From positions 12,338,001 through 12,402,000 of the forward strand of contig CM075985.1 in NCBI GenBank assembly GCA_038087875.1: a DNA stretch of 64,000 nucleotides, read 5' to 3'. The DNA comes from Malacoraja senta. Lineage: Eukaryota. How positions within the stretch are numbered: the stretch's first letter is position 1; each line of letters starts with the position of its first letter. The position numbers and the translations under genes are program-made. This document shows positions 35,702 through 49,017 of the stretch, piece by piece. The notes under the pieces were generated by a model. That model did not search any database, was not told the DNA's origin, and saw nothing but the letters and a program-made list of their open reading frames with translations.

Positions 35702-37951
35702 ATGGTCTCTTTAAGAAAGGATTTAGAACGGGTTTAGTCTCATTGTTTAACTGAAGACTGAGGAGTGGGGTCTTGGCCCAAGCCCTATTCCACAGAAATA
35801 GGAATATGAACAGGAGGTAACTACTCGACAGAGCCCTTGACCTGCTCCATTGTCCAATGTAGCTGGCTGATTTTCTCCCCCCTCCTCTTTCCTGTCCTCT
35901 CTTCATATCCTTGGGTTCCCTAAGTGTTCAAAATCTTTCAATCTCACCCATGAAGATACTCATGGACAGTGGACCATTGGTTTAGATAATTCCAACAATT
36001 CACAACTAATTGAATGAAGAAAGTCTCTATCTCAGACCTAAGTAGCCAATCACTTATCTTAAATCCCTGACTCTGCACTCCAGCCAAGAAGAAAAGCTTT
36101 TCAGCAGTTTTCCTGTCACCCAGTAAAGGTTTAATAGGTTTCATTGGTATCATCTCTCACTCTTCTTAATTGCACTCAAACCTTTATTCAAAGATTGACT
36201 CTATGTCCCATGAATCAATCAAGTGAAACTGAACCTCACCCTTTCTAAGGTGGATCAAGCTTATGCAGGTTCTGACAGCCATGTGACACATTAACCCCAG
36301 CAGTGACATATGACCAGCTGCTCATTCTATTCAGGGTCAGGTTCTGTTCTGTGAAAAACGATGAAACAGACTCTGGTTGTTTCTGATGCTGTTGTTGCCT
36401 AAACCTTCTCTGCTGAAACTACAAACACATTTCTTGTTTACCTCAATTCCAGATCACTGATATGGAGAGGTCAATAATGGAAATACCTGAGAGAGGAGGG
36501 AGAAAGTTGCCAAAGCCAGTGTTTATTGGACTAACTCAGTAGAACTCAAGATAGCATTGACAGTTCCACACATAGAGAGAATAGTTTCCATGAACTGAAG
36601 GGAATCGCTAACTACCTGAGAACAAATAGCAGATACTTGCTTATCTATTATCCAATAGATTTTGGGTTCAAATAGAGCGAGGGCTGTACTGAAGTTGCTG
36701 TTGGAAAAGGGAGAGAGATGCTGTAAGATTGGAGTTGGAGGGAGCGGGATGTTGTTGGATTAGGGGTGGAGGGAGAGAGATGTAGTTTTGGGAACGGAGA
36801 GAGAAAGAGATGCTGTGGGATTGGGGATGGATAGAGAGACACTAGGATTGAGAATGATGACTGATAATGAAAGGATATAGATGAAAAAGAAAGACACAAG
36901 GATTGTGGATTGACAGAGGAAGAGAAATATTCAAGGCCTGGAGATGGAGAAAGATAGTGTGCAATGGTGATAAATAGGGATAGACAGGGTGAGAATTAAT
37001 ATCCGTTGAGATACAAATATGAAAGAGGTTGGAGGTAAAGTTGGTGGTAAAGAATATTGTGTGACCCAGCAGAGATTCCTTTATTGGAAGAGTAAATGTT
37101 ACATTAGCTATTCCCGTACTAACCAATGTATTGGGATCTGCAGGGCTCGCCGTGTGTGTGGGTCCCTACCTAAATACAGTCTGTCCTTTCCCACAAGAAT
37201 TTCCTGCAGGAGTTCAGTTAATTGTATCGCCACCCCAATCCATCTTTTCCAAAGCATAGCCCAAACTAAATCACTGTGAAATGCACACCACACCAACCAC
37301 TTGTGCCTCCTTCCTATAAAGAAGAAAGGCACCCATGAATGAAATTTCAGTATAGGTTAAGAAAGAAATTTTGATCGGACACATAAGACTCACAACTTAT
37401 TGAACAGCATTTTGAATAGCCAACCATGAAGCAGTCCCAGTCCCAGTTATGAAACAAACCAATTTATGAGAGAGTGCTTTGCACCGCCACTGGAAAAAAC
37501 AACGCTTGGGAATGTTTGAGACAAGTCCCTGCCCTTCAAGGAATATGACTCTCTTGGAGTATGTGAACCTCTCAGGGGAACATTGTCTCAGAGAATGTCC
37601 CTGTCCTTTGAGGAAGCAAACTCCTCTCAGAAAAAAGATGGGGACTTTACCTTGTTGAACATGATGACTGTCTCCCAAACTCTCTTTGTGAATTTGTGGC
37701 TCTCGCTTGGAGAACATGACCTTCTCTATTCATCCCCAAAGGAGAAACCATGCCCATACACATTTATCTTAAAGTTTTATTGGACTGTTTACCTCAGAAT
37801 CTGTTTAAGATGCAAGGTAGTTATTGATTGATTCACACATCTCCCGAACCAGCAGAAACGCAGCCCAAAGGTCCTGTTCTATGTGACCTGGAGTAGAGCC
37901 CAATCTGGAAACATGCCCTGCAGGCCATCCTATTCCACAACCTACGCTCAA

Positions 37952-38064
37952 TCAATTTAAAGCATCTGCTTCTGGTTTCGTGAAGATCCCGTTTCTTCTG
38001 TAGAAAGCCGTTTCCACTAAGGCCGTCCGCCCAAAGTTTGGTTTCTTGTACTCAATATCATCCT
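37952..38064 (-). CDS. SPMIP1: ATP6V1F neighbour / sperm microtubule inner protein 1, last coding exon (EDDIEYKKPNFGRTALVETAFYRRNGIFTKPEADALN*)
   Basis: TTTCCCAACAG acceptor, phase matches the 40817 donor, family-like motif FGR..LVE..FYRRNG. AATAAA on the minus strand at 37776-37781. Confidence 0.85.
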
Positions 38065-38668
38065 CTGTTGGGAAAGAAGCACAGCAATTGATTGAAGCAT
38101 TCATCCCATTCCTACCAGGTGCTCACTCCTTTCTAATATAGATCATCCAAAGTGCACTCTTGGATGAGTACTGAGCACAGTGATGAAGAAGAGCACAGCA
38201 CAAAGCATGGCGCTCTTCAAGTTCCAAGCTGAAAATACCACTAAGCTTCCCTATGCAACATTAGTGGGATAAGGTACACTCTGTTTTTTTCTATCTTTCG
38301 TAAATCTTCCTTGGTCTAGTGCTGTAGAAACAGCAGTTAGAGGGCAGTCGTGTGCTCCTCCTGCATGATGTAGGATGTCGGGGAGACTTCCGGTGTCCCT
38401 CAGGGCAACACCTGAGCAAGGTGCATCCAACCGCAGCTCATTGACGACTGTGTTAGGGAACTGGAGCAGCAGCTGAACAACCTCGGAACATCCATGTAGG
38501 AGTGTAAGTGTGGAGCCACAGGATAGAGGCAAGGTCCTCAATGAGTATATCTCCTCTGTTTTTACAATGGAGAAAAACATGAGGGCTAGGGAACTTTGGG
38601 CAGTTAATGGAGATATCCTGAGGACAATTGCGGATAAATCTCCCGGGTCTGATCAGTTATATCCTAGG

Positions 38669-38815
38669 TTTAAAAAAGAACTGCAGGTGCTGGAAAAATC
38701 AAAGATAGACAAAAATGCTGGAGAAACTCAGCGGGTGGAGCGAAGGAATAGGTGACATTTCGGGTTGAGACCCTTCTTCTGACTGATGTGGGGGTGGGGG
38801 GGAAGGGCGGGAAGA
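38669..38815 (-). mobile_element. Penelope-like terminal fragment nested in CR1
   Basis: TSD TATATCCTAGG at 38658-38668 and 38816-38826, enclosing PLE terminal sequence. Confidence 0.8.
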
Positions 38816-38946
38816 TATATCCTAGGACTCTGTGTGAAGCAAGCGAACAAATTGCGGGAGCCTTGTCTGAGATGTATGAATCATCATTAGACACTGGTGA
38901 GGAGCTGGATGACTGGATGGTGGCTAATGTTGAGCCTTTATTTAAG

Positions 38947-39190
38947 TCAAGTCAAGTCACATTTATTTATATAGCACATTTTAAAAAAACTCGTTGGCCA
39001 AAGTGCTTTACATTTGTTATAAGAATAGCATAAACAAAACAAACTACATACATATATACATGTAGCCCTCACTCAGAGAACATCAGGAAAGGCTTGGGAG
39101 TATAGATAAGTTTTTGGCCTTGACTTAAAAGAGTCGATGGAGGGGGCAGTTCTGATGGGAAAGGGGATGCTGTTTCACAATCTAGGGCAC
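38947..39190 (-). mobile_element. LINE 3' end (L2-like) with (TGACT)n tail, nested in CR1
   Basis: TCAAGTCAAGTCACATTTATTTATATAGCAC end, with flanking TTTAAG repeated on both sides. Confidence 0.6.
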
Positions 39191-39297
39191 TTTAAGAAGT
39201 GTTGCAAGGAAAAGCCTGTGAACTATGGACCACTGAGTGTAACATTTGTGGTAGGTAAGTTACAAGAAAGGATTCTGAGGGATAAGGTATATATGCA

Positions 39298-39508
39298 AAG
39301 GTAGACACAAAATGCTGGAGTATCTCAGCGAGACAGGCAGCATCTCTGGAGAGAAGGACTGGGTGACGTTTTGGGTCGAGAAGTCTGAAGTAGGGTCTCG
39401 ACCTGAAACGTCACCCATTCCTTCTCTCCAAAGATGCTGCCTGTCCCGCTGAGTTACTCTAGCATTTTGTGTCTACCTTCGATTTAAACCTGCAGTTTTT
39501 TCCTACAC
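39298..39508. mobile_element. Palindromic Penelope-like mini-insertion
   Basis: ~80-bp inverted arms around a short spacer plus a tail. TSD AGGTATATATGCA at 39285-39297 and 39509-39521. Confidence 0.85.
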
Positions 39509-40816
39509 AGGTATATATGCACTTGGGTAGAAAGGCTGATTCGGGATAGTCAGCATGATTTGTACATGCAGATCGTATCTTACGAATTTGATTGAGTTTT
39601 TTGAAGAGGTAACCAAAAAGGTTGATGAGGGCAAAGCATAGACGTTTATAGGGACTTCAGCAAGGCCTTTGATAAATTTCCGCCTGGTAGGCTCTGGATG
39701 GTTAGATCACATGGGATCCAGAGAGCTGGCTGACTGGATGGCAAATTGGCTTTGTGGAAAGAAGCAGAGGGTGGTGGTGGAAGGCTTCTTCGGACTAGAG
39801 GCCTATGACAAGTGATATGCCTCAAGGAGCGGTGCTGGACCCATTGCGGTTTGGTTTATAGCAACGATTTGGATGAGAATGTACAAGACATGATTAGTAA
39901 GTTTGCAGATGGCACTAAAGTGAGTGGTATTATAAATAGTGATGGTAGTTATCAAAAATTACTGCAGGCTCGTGATCAGCTGGGCAAGTGGGCTGAGGAA
40001 TGGTTAATGAAGTTTAATGCAGATAGGTGCGCAGTGTTTCATTTTGGGAAGTCAAACCAGGGTATAGCCTTCACAGTGAATGGTGGGGTCCTGAGTAGTG
40101 TTGTAGAACAGAAGGATCTAGGAATACAGGTACTCTAATGCATGGCATCACAGACAGATATACTGACCTACAATAGGCCGTGTCCAGTCTATATTTACCA
40201 GGTCCTATCTTATATTAAAATCAGTATCTTAATTTCTAGTCCTTCCTTATCCTTTTCCATAACTATCTTGACACTCAGAGTTATGGACACTATTAAAGGA
40301 ATTTTGCATGATGTCTAATCCATGCTGTACTTGCTTTGGAAGAGTTTGACGGATTTGCTTTGAGATGCTTGAAATTAACCTAATTTAAAATTCAAATTTT
40401 ATAAAAGAGCATGGAACTAAAGCATATTGAAGACAGCCTGATTATATTCAACCCGAATGAAAGAAACTTTGCACTCAAATGTAGAGAATAGCAATGCTGC
40501 AAAACAATGCTGTGTGTCTGGATTGGATTGATGTCCTGACATTGGATGATATTTGATTCATGTCCTTGCAGGCAAGGTCTTCAACCATCCAGACAACAGC
40601 CTGCTTCCTCTTGTCAGTGTGATCAGCAACCCTTCATGTGATCCAACTCTTGCCCTGTCCAATATCTGGACTGGATCTGCCCAGCAATACTGCCCAACGT
40701 GCATCAAAATGGAAATCTATTCCAGCCCTTCATTATTACTGTGTATGGAAATAATTATCTTTGTCCGACAATACAGATCTCATCGTTCCCAATTAGCCCG
40801 GCCTATTGACTCTCAC

Positions 40817-41258
40817 CTATTTTCCAGCCATAATTCCAGGAGGAAGTGAGAGGGAACTCGTATTTCTCACTGGGGCCTTTCTTCTTTCGGGCTTTTAGGT
40901 ATAGGTATCTGCCTTTATCCTCTTTTGAGAATCCATCGTACAGCAGGGCCCGCACCTCGGGGGTGACTGGCCTCATATCATTCAAAGACTCATTTGCTGC
41001 TTTCTTCTCAACTGTCGACTTTTTGCACTTTTCCTTCTCTGATTGGGCTGCCACTTTTTCCTGTGCTTTTGGTTCTTGGGTCTGGAGGGGTATGTGCGGA
41101 AGCGTGGGTATCTTCTTACGCACAATTTCTCTTTCTGGTGGCTGGCTGAGGTTTCCCTTGAAATGTCTCAACCAACACATCCTTAGCAGATCCTCTTTTG
41201 TGATGCTTTCTTTCCAGAAGTTTTGCACCTGTGTGTCCATGTTGAGCTTTCGTTCCAT
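40817..41258 (-). CDS. SPMIP1: ATP6V1F neighbour / sperm microtubule inner protein 1, first coding exon
   Basis: MDTQVQNFWKESITKE...MRPVTPEVRALLYDGFSKEDKGRYLYLKAR...PSEKYEFPLTSSWNYGW, with a G|GTGAGA donor. 442+113 nt = 184 aa plus stop. Located immediately downstream of ATP6V1F, as in mammals. Confidence 0.88.
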
Positions 41259-41671
41259 ATTTGCAGGTCTTCAGCAGGCCTTATACACAGGTTTTGTGAA
41301 ACGTGGGACACTAAAAAGGAGAGCACAGGACAGGCAGCAAAACCAAGGCTCCCTGCATACTGATGAGGTGCCCATGCTGGTATCTAAGCAATCAATATTA
41401 CACTAACAATTGTAATAAGCAACAGGAAATGACATGAACAATGAGACTGACGTAGGGAAGTGTGAATTCGCCAAAAGACGGGAGTTGATATGAATGGACC
41501 CTAAACTGGCTGGGCAGAATACCACTGTTCTAGTATCTCCGATGTAATCGAATGTAAAAAGCTCACAGATTAGGAGAAATCTCTTTACAGAGTTGTGGCA
41601 ATACGGAAATCATTCCGACAAACAGTAGTTAATGTATTGATACATTTAAGGAAAAGTTTGGAAAGAATAAT

Positions 41672-42210
41672 TTGAGGAAGGACCCTTGCTATTGAGGCAG
41701 TGCAGTGTAGGTTCACGAGGTTAATCCCCGGGATGACGGGTCTCATATGAGGAAAGATTGGAAAGACTGGGCTTATATTCACTGGAATTTAGAAGGATGA
41801 GAGGTTATCTTATAGAAATGTATAAAATTATAAAAGGACTGGACAAGCTAAATGCAGGAAAAATGTTCCCAATGTTGGGGGAGTCCAGAACCAGGAGCCA
41901 CAGTCTAAGAATAAAGGGGAGGCCATTTAAAACTGAGATGAGAAAAAAACTTTTTCACCCAGAGAGTTGTGAATTTGTGGAATTCTCTTTCACAGAAAGC
42001 AGTAGAGGCCAATTCACTGGATGAATTTAAAAGAGAGTTAGATAGAGCTAGCGGAATTTAGTCTAGGGCTAGCGGAATCAAAGGATATGGGGAGATGGCA
42101 GGCACGAATTACTGCTTGTGGATGATCAGCCATGATCACAATGAATGGCGGTGCTGGCTCGAAGGGCCAAGTGGCCTCCTCCTGCACCTATTTTTTATGT
42201 TTCTGTTTCT
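41672..42210 (+). mobile_element. CR1 LINE 3' end
   Basis: LERLGLYSLEFRRMRGYLIEMYKIIKGLDKL...RTRSHSLRIKG with a TTTATGTTTCTGTTTC tail. Confidence 0.9.
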
Positions 42211-45200
42211 AATAAGGGAAAAAAACAAAGGATACAACAATAAGCCTGGTGAGAGAAATTATGCGCCAAGTATAAACACTCAATCATAAATTTATTGGGC
42301 AGAATGGTCTATTTTGCTGTAGACTCCTCTGCCTAGAAATTCATTCCTATTTGTGCAGTATGATAGTGGCAGGGTGTTCTATTCTGCTTTCAAATAGTGT
42401 CTGGCAATAATCTACCCGTGTGTCAAACATAATTCAAGAATCAATGTTGAGATGAAAAGTTACCCTTGCTTTTCTTTCATCAGCTAAAATAAATAACTGC
42501 TGGAGAGAATATGGGCTTCTTTAGGGTATTTGGGAGGTGATGTATGTTCTGAGACTTCAGAATTGAAGAGGGGCCGGTTTGAGGGGTCTGGTGCTAAGTG
42601 AGGATGTCCGTGGAATGAGAATAGGGCCAATACAAGAGTTGGGCAAAGTGCTTGCCGTGGAGATCAGATAATCAAGGTCAGCCTGACCTGGGGCTTTGAC
42701 TTTGAGTGTTTAATAGGATAAGCATGGTGGGAATGTTTCCACATGCAGTGTTAACCAGATAAAAATCCATAAATTAAAATCAGATACAAACAACTCCAAT
42801 AAGAAATTCACGAGAACCTACTTTATATACAAAGATGTTATAATTTGGAATGCACTCCACAAGAAATTCTAGTAGAACGGCATTAATACAATTGTATCAC
42901 TAGATAAATTAATGGCCTAGAAGGGAAGAGAAACAAAATAGAGATTTGAGTAGATTCAGGTGGGCCACAGACACTGTCAGTAATCAATTGGTCCTAATGA
43001 TATGTTTCTGTGCTGTGGCTTCAATCAATTCTACATCAAATCATTGATCTCTGAGAATTTTTTAATTCAGTTGGCTCTTCTATATAGCAATAGAGTAATT
43101 ACAAGAATGTGGTCAGATTTAACAAGGACTCAAAATCTACAAAAAATATCAGAATACTGACAGCATCTACACTTTTTAAGAATGAGTAGTTTTAAGACTG
43201 ATTAATCTAAAACTGATGTGAACTAAATGCATTTTTTCTTATTAAGAGCCAGTGTTTTGGAATGCAATGATTTAATAAATTACAACCTGGCAGCCAGCAT
43301 ATGCAGAGAAAGGATTGTTGTAGTTTGCATGTGGGTGACAGGAGTTGAAACTCTTCTTTTGGCCAGCACTCAGAATGCTTGAGAATGCTGCTGGCAAAGC
43401 CAACATCACTCATCTGCAGACATCTCCAGTAGTAATGCCAATGGAATTTAAATTCCAATCCATCCCAAGAAAATTCTGTCAGCACTGCATTAGGAAACTG
43501 GGTTTTGGTTTACTTTTGAGGAACATTTTTTAAAGAACAACCTAAGCCAAAGGCTATTCCATTCCTGCACTGTAAACATGCATCCGTGCACACTGCTTGC
43601 ATTGCAGGGGAATGGGCAGAAATAGTTTGCCTTTCCATAAATTGCTGAGGAAAATAAATACTTGTATTATCACAGCTGGCAGTACTTTAGGAACTCTCCA
43701 ACAGCTTTGGCAAACTTTCCCTCAAGTTGTAAATTTCCTGTTTTGTTTATTTAGCAGATCCTTGTGTTCCCTACATTCACAAACCGATAAAACCCGATTC
43801 CAACAACAGAGCACGAGGTCTGAACAGCTTGGGAAATGTAAAACGTGCAGCATAGACGGGGGAACAAGAGTCTGTTGCATTATTGATCAATGTTACCTTC
43901 TGCATCTATAACCCATCTTCCTTTGGGCAGATAGATGATCAGTTGGATGGAAGGAATTGTTCCTGAGAATGTCTTTCAAAGAATCACCGGTCTGGATTTT
44001 ACCTCAAGTGTTAAAGGGGACACATCCAACTGTGAGCTGAGAATGTCCCATTAATTACAGGTACCACGACCTTCATATCATGGGATACAGGAGGACACAA
44101 CCTGGTTAATTAGCACTATTACTGCTCCAGGGTTTGCAAGTCTGTTTCATCACACATTTTATTAGATGAGACTTAATCCAATTGCACATTTGCCAATTGC
44201 CCCTGTCACCTGATTACACCCTCCAATATATAAAAGGTTACATTTTTAATAGCAGCCTCTTGCTAAATCTAGTCTTGGCTCTCAGAAATTTTAAAAAGAC
44301 AGCTCCTGCTAATTGGTGGCAGGGAAGTTTCATATCATCCACTGTGAAAATGATTGGCAGGATGAAGAATGTAAAACATCACCAAACTGAAATTAAAACC
44401 AGATGTGGGGACAGTGCAGAGCACAACCAGAATCCAATAGACACAGCAGAACATTGAGGAACATAGAGGGGTGTTGGGGAAAGTAGGGAAAATACCTCAT
44501 AGATTTAGAGATGGAATTCCAGTCAAGAGCTTTGAGCTCAGCAAACTATAGCCCCTTAGTTTAAACATGCCATGTGCAAGATGACAGATTTGGATGATCA
44601 GAGATCTCAGAGGGGTACTTAAGTATGATGGGTGAGACCATGGAATGATTAGAAATTAAGTATAAAATTACAAATTCCAGCATTTCCAGATCTTGAACTG
44701 ATGGACAAATGGATGGATGCATTATTTTATTTTACTTCCTGATTTGAGAAAACCACCAAATCCTGTCATTCTTTATTTTCCTTGAGAAACGGCCTCTCAA
44801 AACTGTAACTTATGGAAGATGTCAGGTAAACAGTCCCAAAATGTTAATACATTTCCAAGCGGGGTTAGTGTATGACTGTTGTCTGGATGGTTGATAACCT
44901 TGCCTGAGAGAAAAATAGAAGTGATCTCTCAGTGTGCTTAAAGCACTTTGTCTTCTAAGTGGGGAAAGTCCGTAAGCTTGGTGTGGTGTGTTGTTGCAAA
45001 AACGGTCGGGGGGGACGGGGAGAGAGGATTAGTGAATATTTAGTACGGTGGATAGAGAACAATAAAGTGTTCTGTTTGTTGTCAAACTTCATTAGTGTTC
45101 TCAGTATTGTATTGGCATTGTGTTGATTATTATATTGCCTTGTGCATCATAGATGGTGGAAATCACAAGGTGAACCGCTTCCTACATATTATCCTGTCTT

Positions 45201-46357
45201 TGCCCTGTTCATATAGCAAAAATATTTGTCTTATGAACGATACAGTTCAGATTCTAATTAGGACGCCCTACTATTCTCCAACAGTTGCCAGAGAAATTTG
45301 ACAATAGAACTATCAATAAATATCAAAAGGCATGATATTTAGATTCTCTCTTGGTTGAGACAGAATTTATCTGGAACTTGTGCAATAATGCTACTTTGTC
45401 TTTTTTTTTGTAACGACAAGCATGAATAATATTCAAGCACTATTTCCTGCTTTGGATAAGCTGATGTTTACAAGGTGCAAGATGGGCTGTTAGATGTTCA
45501 TTAAGAGGGCATTGGTACATTCAAGTGAACACAGTCCAATTAAATACAGCAAATGTAAAAGCAGGAGAAAAAGTAAGCTGAAAAAAAAGCAATAAGGATA
45601 TAGTTTTCTGTACAAAATCAGAAACACATGACAAAAATCAACCTCTAATGTTAGTTTATTTATTGACATAATGATCAGGGACAAGCAACATCATAAATAT
45701 GCAATGTGAAGACTAGCTAGGACCAGATCAGAACCACATTCAGCTTCTGTTAAAACTAGCACAAACTGGGACCTGAGCAACACTGAATTTTCAGCACAAA
45801 CAATCCTGTTTAGTGCCATCCAATAAAATACTAACCCAACTGAGAGCTTGGAGCTTCTGCCCATCCTATCTGCCCGAGCAGCAGTGCTTTCTGCACAATC
45901 ACAACTCAGCAGACAATAATTGTTATCTTTAATTCCAGTGTTTAAAAACGTCTACCTTGTTCCCCACTCTCTCAGATAGGCACAGCACGGAGCAATTTGA
46001 AATATCAATAGTTAGCACAAGATTGATTTATGCCAGGGCAGGCACAGTGCCAGTTACAGCCTAGAGTTGCACTTTAAACAATCCCATCAAATACTCCCAA
46101 GGCAGGTACAGAATTGAATGGAAATTAAATCATACTCAAATTTGTAGTGAGTAAAAGGTCACTAAATGGTGGGTTGGGATCATGTATACATAGTGGGAGT
46201 GGGGATTGCTTGCTGCAAAGTGTGGCTGGGATTTGACAGCAGAGGAATCGGCACTCTGCACATTGGACCAGAGGAATCAACACTCTGTACAACATACAAT
46301 AAAACAACACAATGACAGAATTCAACGGCGATGCATGACTGGCACTGCATAGTCTAT

Positions 46358-46559
46358 CTACCGGAAGTCATCAGTACTGAACATTCCCTTAGCACGCCGC
46401 AGGATGGAGTCTTTAGAAGCATCGTATGGGTGCTCCTTCGATGGGATCTCCAGCACAGCAGGAATCGATAATGTATGTGCATCAATGACGTGACGAATCA
46501 TCTCCGCAATGTATTGATTGATCAGAATTATCCCAATGTCATCACGATTCAAGAAACTT
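46358..46559 (-). CDS. ATP6V1F: V-type proton ATPase subunit F, exon 2
   Basis: [66 protein letters not shown], with a TTTCTTTACAG acceptor. Confidence 0.97.
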
Positions 46560-48202
46560 CTGTAAAGAAAATCAGAAAGGCTTATTCCAAGCTCCTGGCA
46601 AAATTGCAGGATCGGCATCGTAACAAAGTCAACAGAATAGATTCTGTCAGCCTTCACAGAATCTTGGAGGTGGCCTCAAAGCCCAATCATTTAGTACTGA
46701 ACCCAGAGGCTGGCTGTAGATGCCTCCATTGCTTCCAGAAATTTAGCAGAATTATTATGGGATTATTTCTGAGCACAGGACAGGAGATGGTGAAGGAAGA
46801 GAGTGTAAATTAAGCCCACCTTCTGATGTTGAGGACAGGACAGGGAAAGAAAGTCAAGGCATCCACAGGACAGGATGCCAACCCAACCTGAGGAGTCGGC
46901 TGAGTGAATGAAGTAGGGAGGACAGCATTGAATTGAACTTCCTGAGCAAAAGGAGGACTCACTTCCTTAAACAAACACTTGGCCCCACTTTCAGAATTCC
47001 TCAGCACTTACTGAAAGATTTCACAATGTATCTGATGCCTATACAGGAGGCAAACCCAGACCTGTGGCCATCTTAGCTGCTACTCCCACACAAGGTCCAC
47101 AGTGGAAAGAAGGGGGAAATAGCGAGGACATGGCACAGTGTTGAGCTCACCAGCAGCACCTCGCAACATATGTCATTCGGGATTGCATACATAAAACTCC
47201 CATGGGAGTAATCAGGCTCATAGAAAATTTACAACTCAGCAGATCTACCCAATCTATCTCACCCTGAAGGTCATGGCTCTTCAAGTACATATCCAAATAC
47301 TTTTTAAATATGAAGGTTTCTATTTCTACCACCCTTCTAGATTATGAGTTCCAGACTCCTTCCAATCTCAAGGTGAAAAATCTTCATATTTTCTTTAACC
47401 CTTCCACCAATTTTAATATTTCTTTGCTAAACAAGATGAGCTGTGATTATTCTATCTAGGCCCATCAATTTTATGCCTACCAATGAACATATCTTCTCAT
47501 ATTCTATGTCGCAACAAATAATGGAGAGCAACCCATTTGCATTTTTAACAACATCCCCAGCAGATAACTGAATCATCCTACCACAACGAGAGCAGTTCTG
47601 AACTACTATCTACCTCATTTGGCGACTATCTTTGATCCGACTTTTCTGGCTTTACCTTGCACTCTTTACCTTTCCGCTCAAGTGTCTAGATTGCACATCT
47701 GAAGAGTTCCTCCACACGCTCAACGACATAGCCAATTGTTGTATCATCTACCAACATGTCCTCTATACTTAAATATGAATTATTAATTTATGTAATAAAA
47801 AAACATGAGACTGAGTACTCTTGTACATTACAAAAGCATCTATCAATCTTTGCTTTAAGCCAGTGAGCTAACTGGATCCAGTTTTAGAAAATCACGTCAG
47901 GATTCACTGTTTCCTTGCATCTCTTCTCGCCCAATCCAAATCCACAATTTTCAGATCAGACTAAACCCATTCTGCTCCAGACCACAGGCAGATGTCCAGA
48001 CCTGGAAAAATATCAGAAACGGGAACGCCAAATACAATATATGCATAGTAAGCTTCCACAAAATCGAGGGTGACAATGATCAGGGTCCCGATCCCGTCCC
48101 CCCGGGTCCTTCTCCCGGGGAGCTGGTCCCGAGTCCGTCTCCCGTCCCCCTGGGAACTGGTCCCCGGCCCGGTTCCCATCCATCAGGCGCAGCCCCCCTC
48201 AC

Positions 48203-48360
48203 TTGAAAGTCTCCTCGATTTCCGCCACGCTCGTCTCTTTCTCCACCACCAGAAAGTTGGGCCTGCGGTTCTTGTTGAGCTCGCCGATGCCGCCGAGCAG
48301 GAATCCGGTGCAGGTGTCCTCGTCCCCCAGCACTGCGATCAGTTTGCCCCGGCCCGCCAT
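48203..48360 (-). CDS. ATP6V1F: V-type proton ATPase subunit F, exon 1
   Basis: [53 protein letters not shown], with a GTGAGG donor. 158+202 nt = 119 aa plus stop. Confidence 0.97.
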
Positions 48361-48645
48361 CGCGCACGCTCACTGTCCCCGGCCTCACGCCTGCGCAGTG
48401 CCCCTGGTCACGCGGACATTGGCCTCAGGCGACGTCATCCGTCAACTGCCCCAGTCCTGAGCATGCGCGTGAAGCCACGCCCCCTCGTTGCCTTTACCCG
48501 TGACGTCTGTCCCCAGCATTGAGCATGCGCTGAGAGCCACGCCCCCTTGTTACCGTTACCCGGGACGCCAGTGCCCCAGTATTGAGCATGCGCAGTGAGC
48601 CCCGCGCCATCTGAGCGAGCGAGCGAGCGCACGCTCGACGTCCTC
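48361..48645 (-). promoter_or_regulatory. ATP6V1F CpG-island promoter with a triplicated ~62-bp motif cassette
   Basis: High GC and CpG content. TGAGCATGCGC (NRF1-like) at 48458, 48520 and 48583; GCCACGCCCCC (Sp/KLF) at 48474 and 48536; CRE-like GACGTC at 48431 and 48502. Confidence 0.8.
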
Positions 48646-49017
48646 ACTCAGGACAGAAACATGGTCGCAGGTTTGAAGTGGGATTGCACAGCCACCCTGA
48701 CCCGTCTGCAGTCATGACAATTTCTGGAGCAGCAGCACTCCATCCGGGCACCTGGCACCATATGGACCTACGGTCAGGTAACTGGCGTTCTGCTGCAATG
48801 TTGCCTCAGTTTAGCCCTCTCCATTAGCACAGCCCGACCTGCAGGAAATTGAGGGTGAGGGGAATTGGTATGGAGGAGTTGAGGCAGGTGTGGATCAGCC
48901 ATGATCTTATTCATTAGTAGGACACGCTTGAGTGGTTTGGTGGCCAACATCTGGCAATATTTCCCAGCCATTAACCCATTGAAGGCTGCCTGCCAATCTT
49001 ACAGCCATCAAATCACA

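Larger units (their letters stand above)
38330..40160 (+). mobile_element. CR1 LINE (ORF1 remnant plus ORF2 RT) with three nested insertions
   Basis: AVVCSSCMM...RELEQQL (ORF1), then KVLNEYISSVFT, KSPG.DQLYPR, DFSKAFDK and ISKFADGTK (ORF2). Confidence 0.85.

Noticed and set aside
40846-41406. 186-aa plus-strand ORF
   Set aside because: Antisense shadow of the SPMIP1 exon.
46560-46657. N-terminal extension of the 99-aa ATP6V1F ORF
   Set aside because: Intronic read-through upstream of the acceptor at 46560-46561. The true N-terminus is exon 1.
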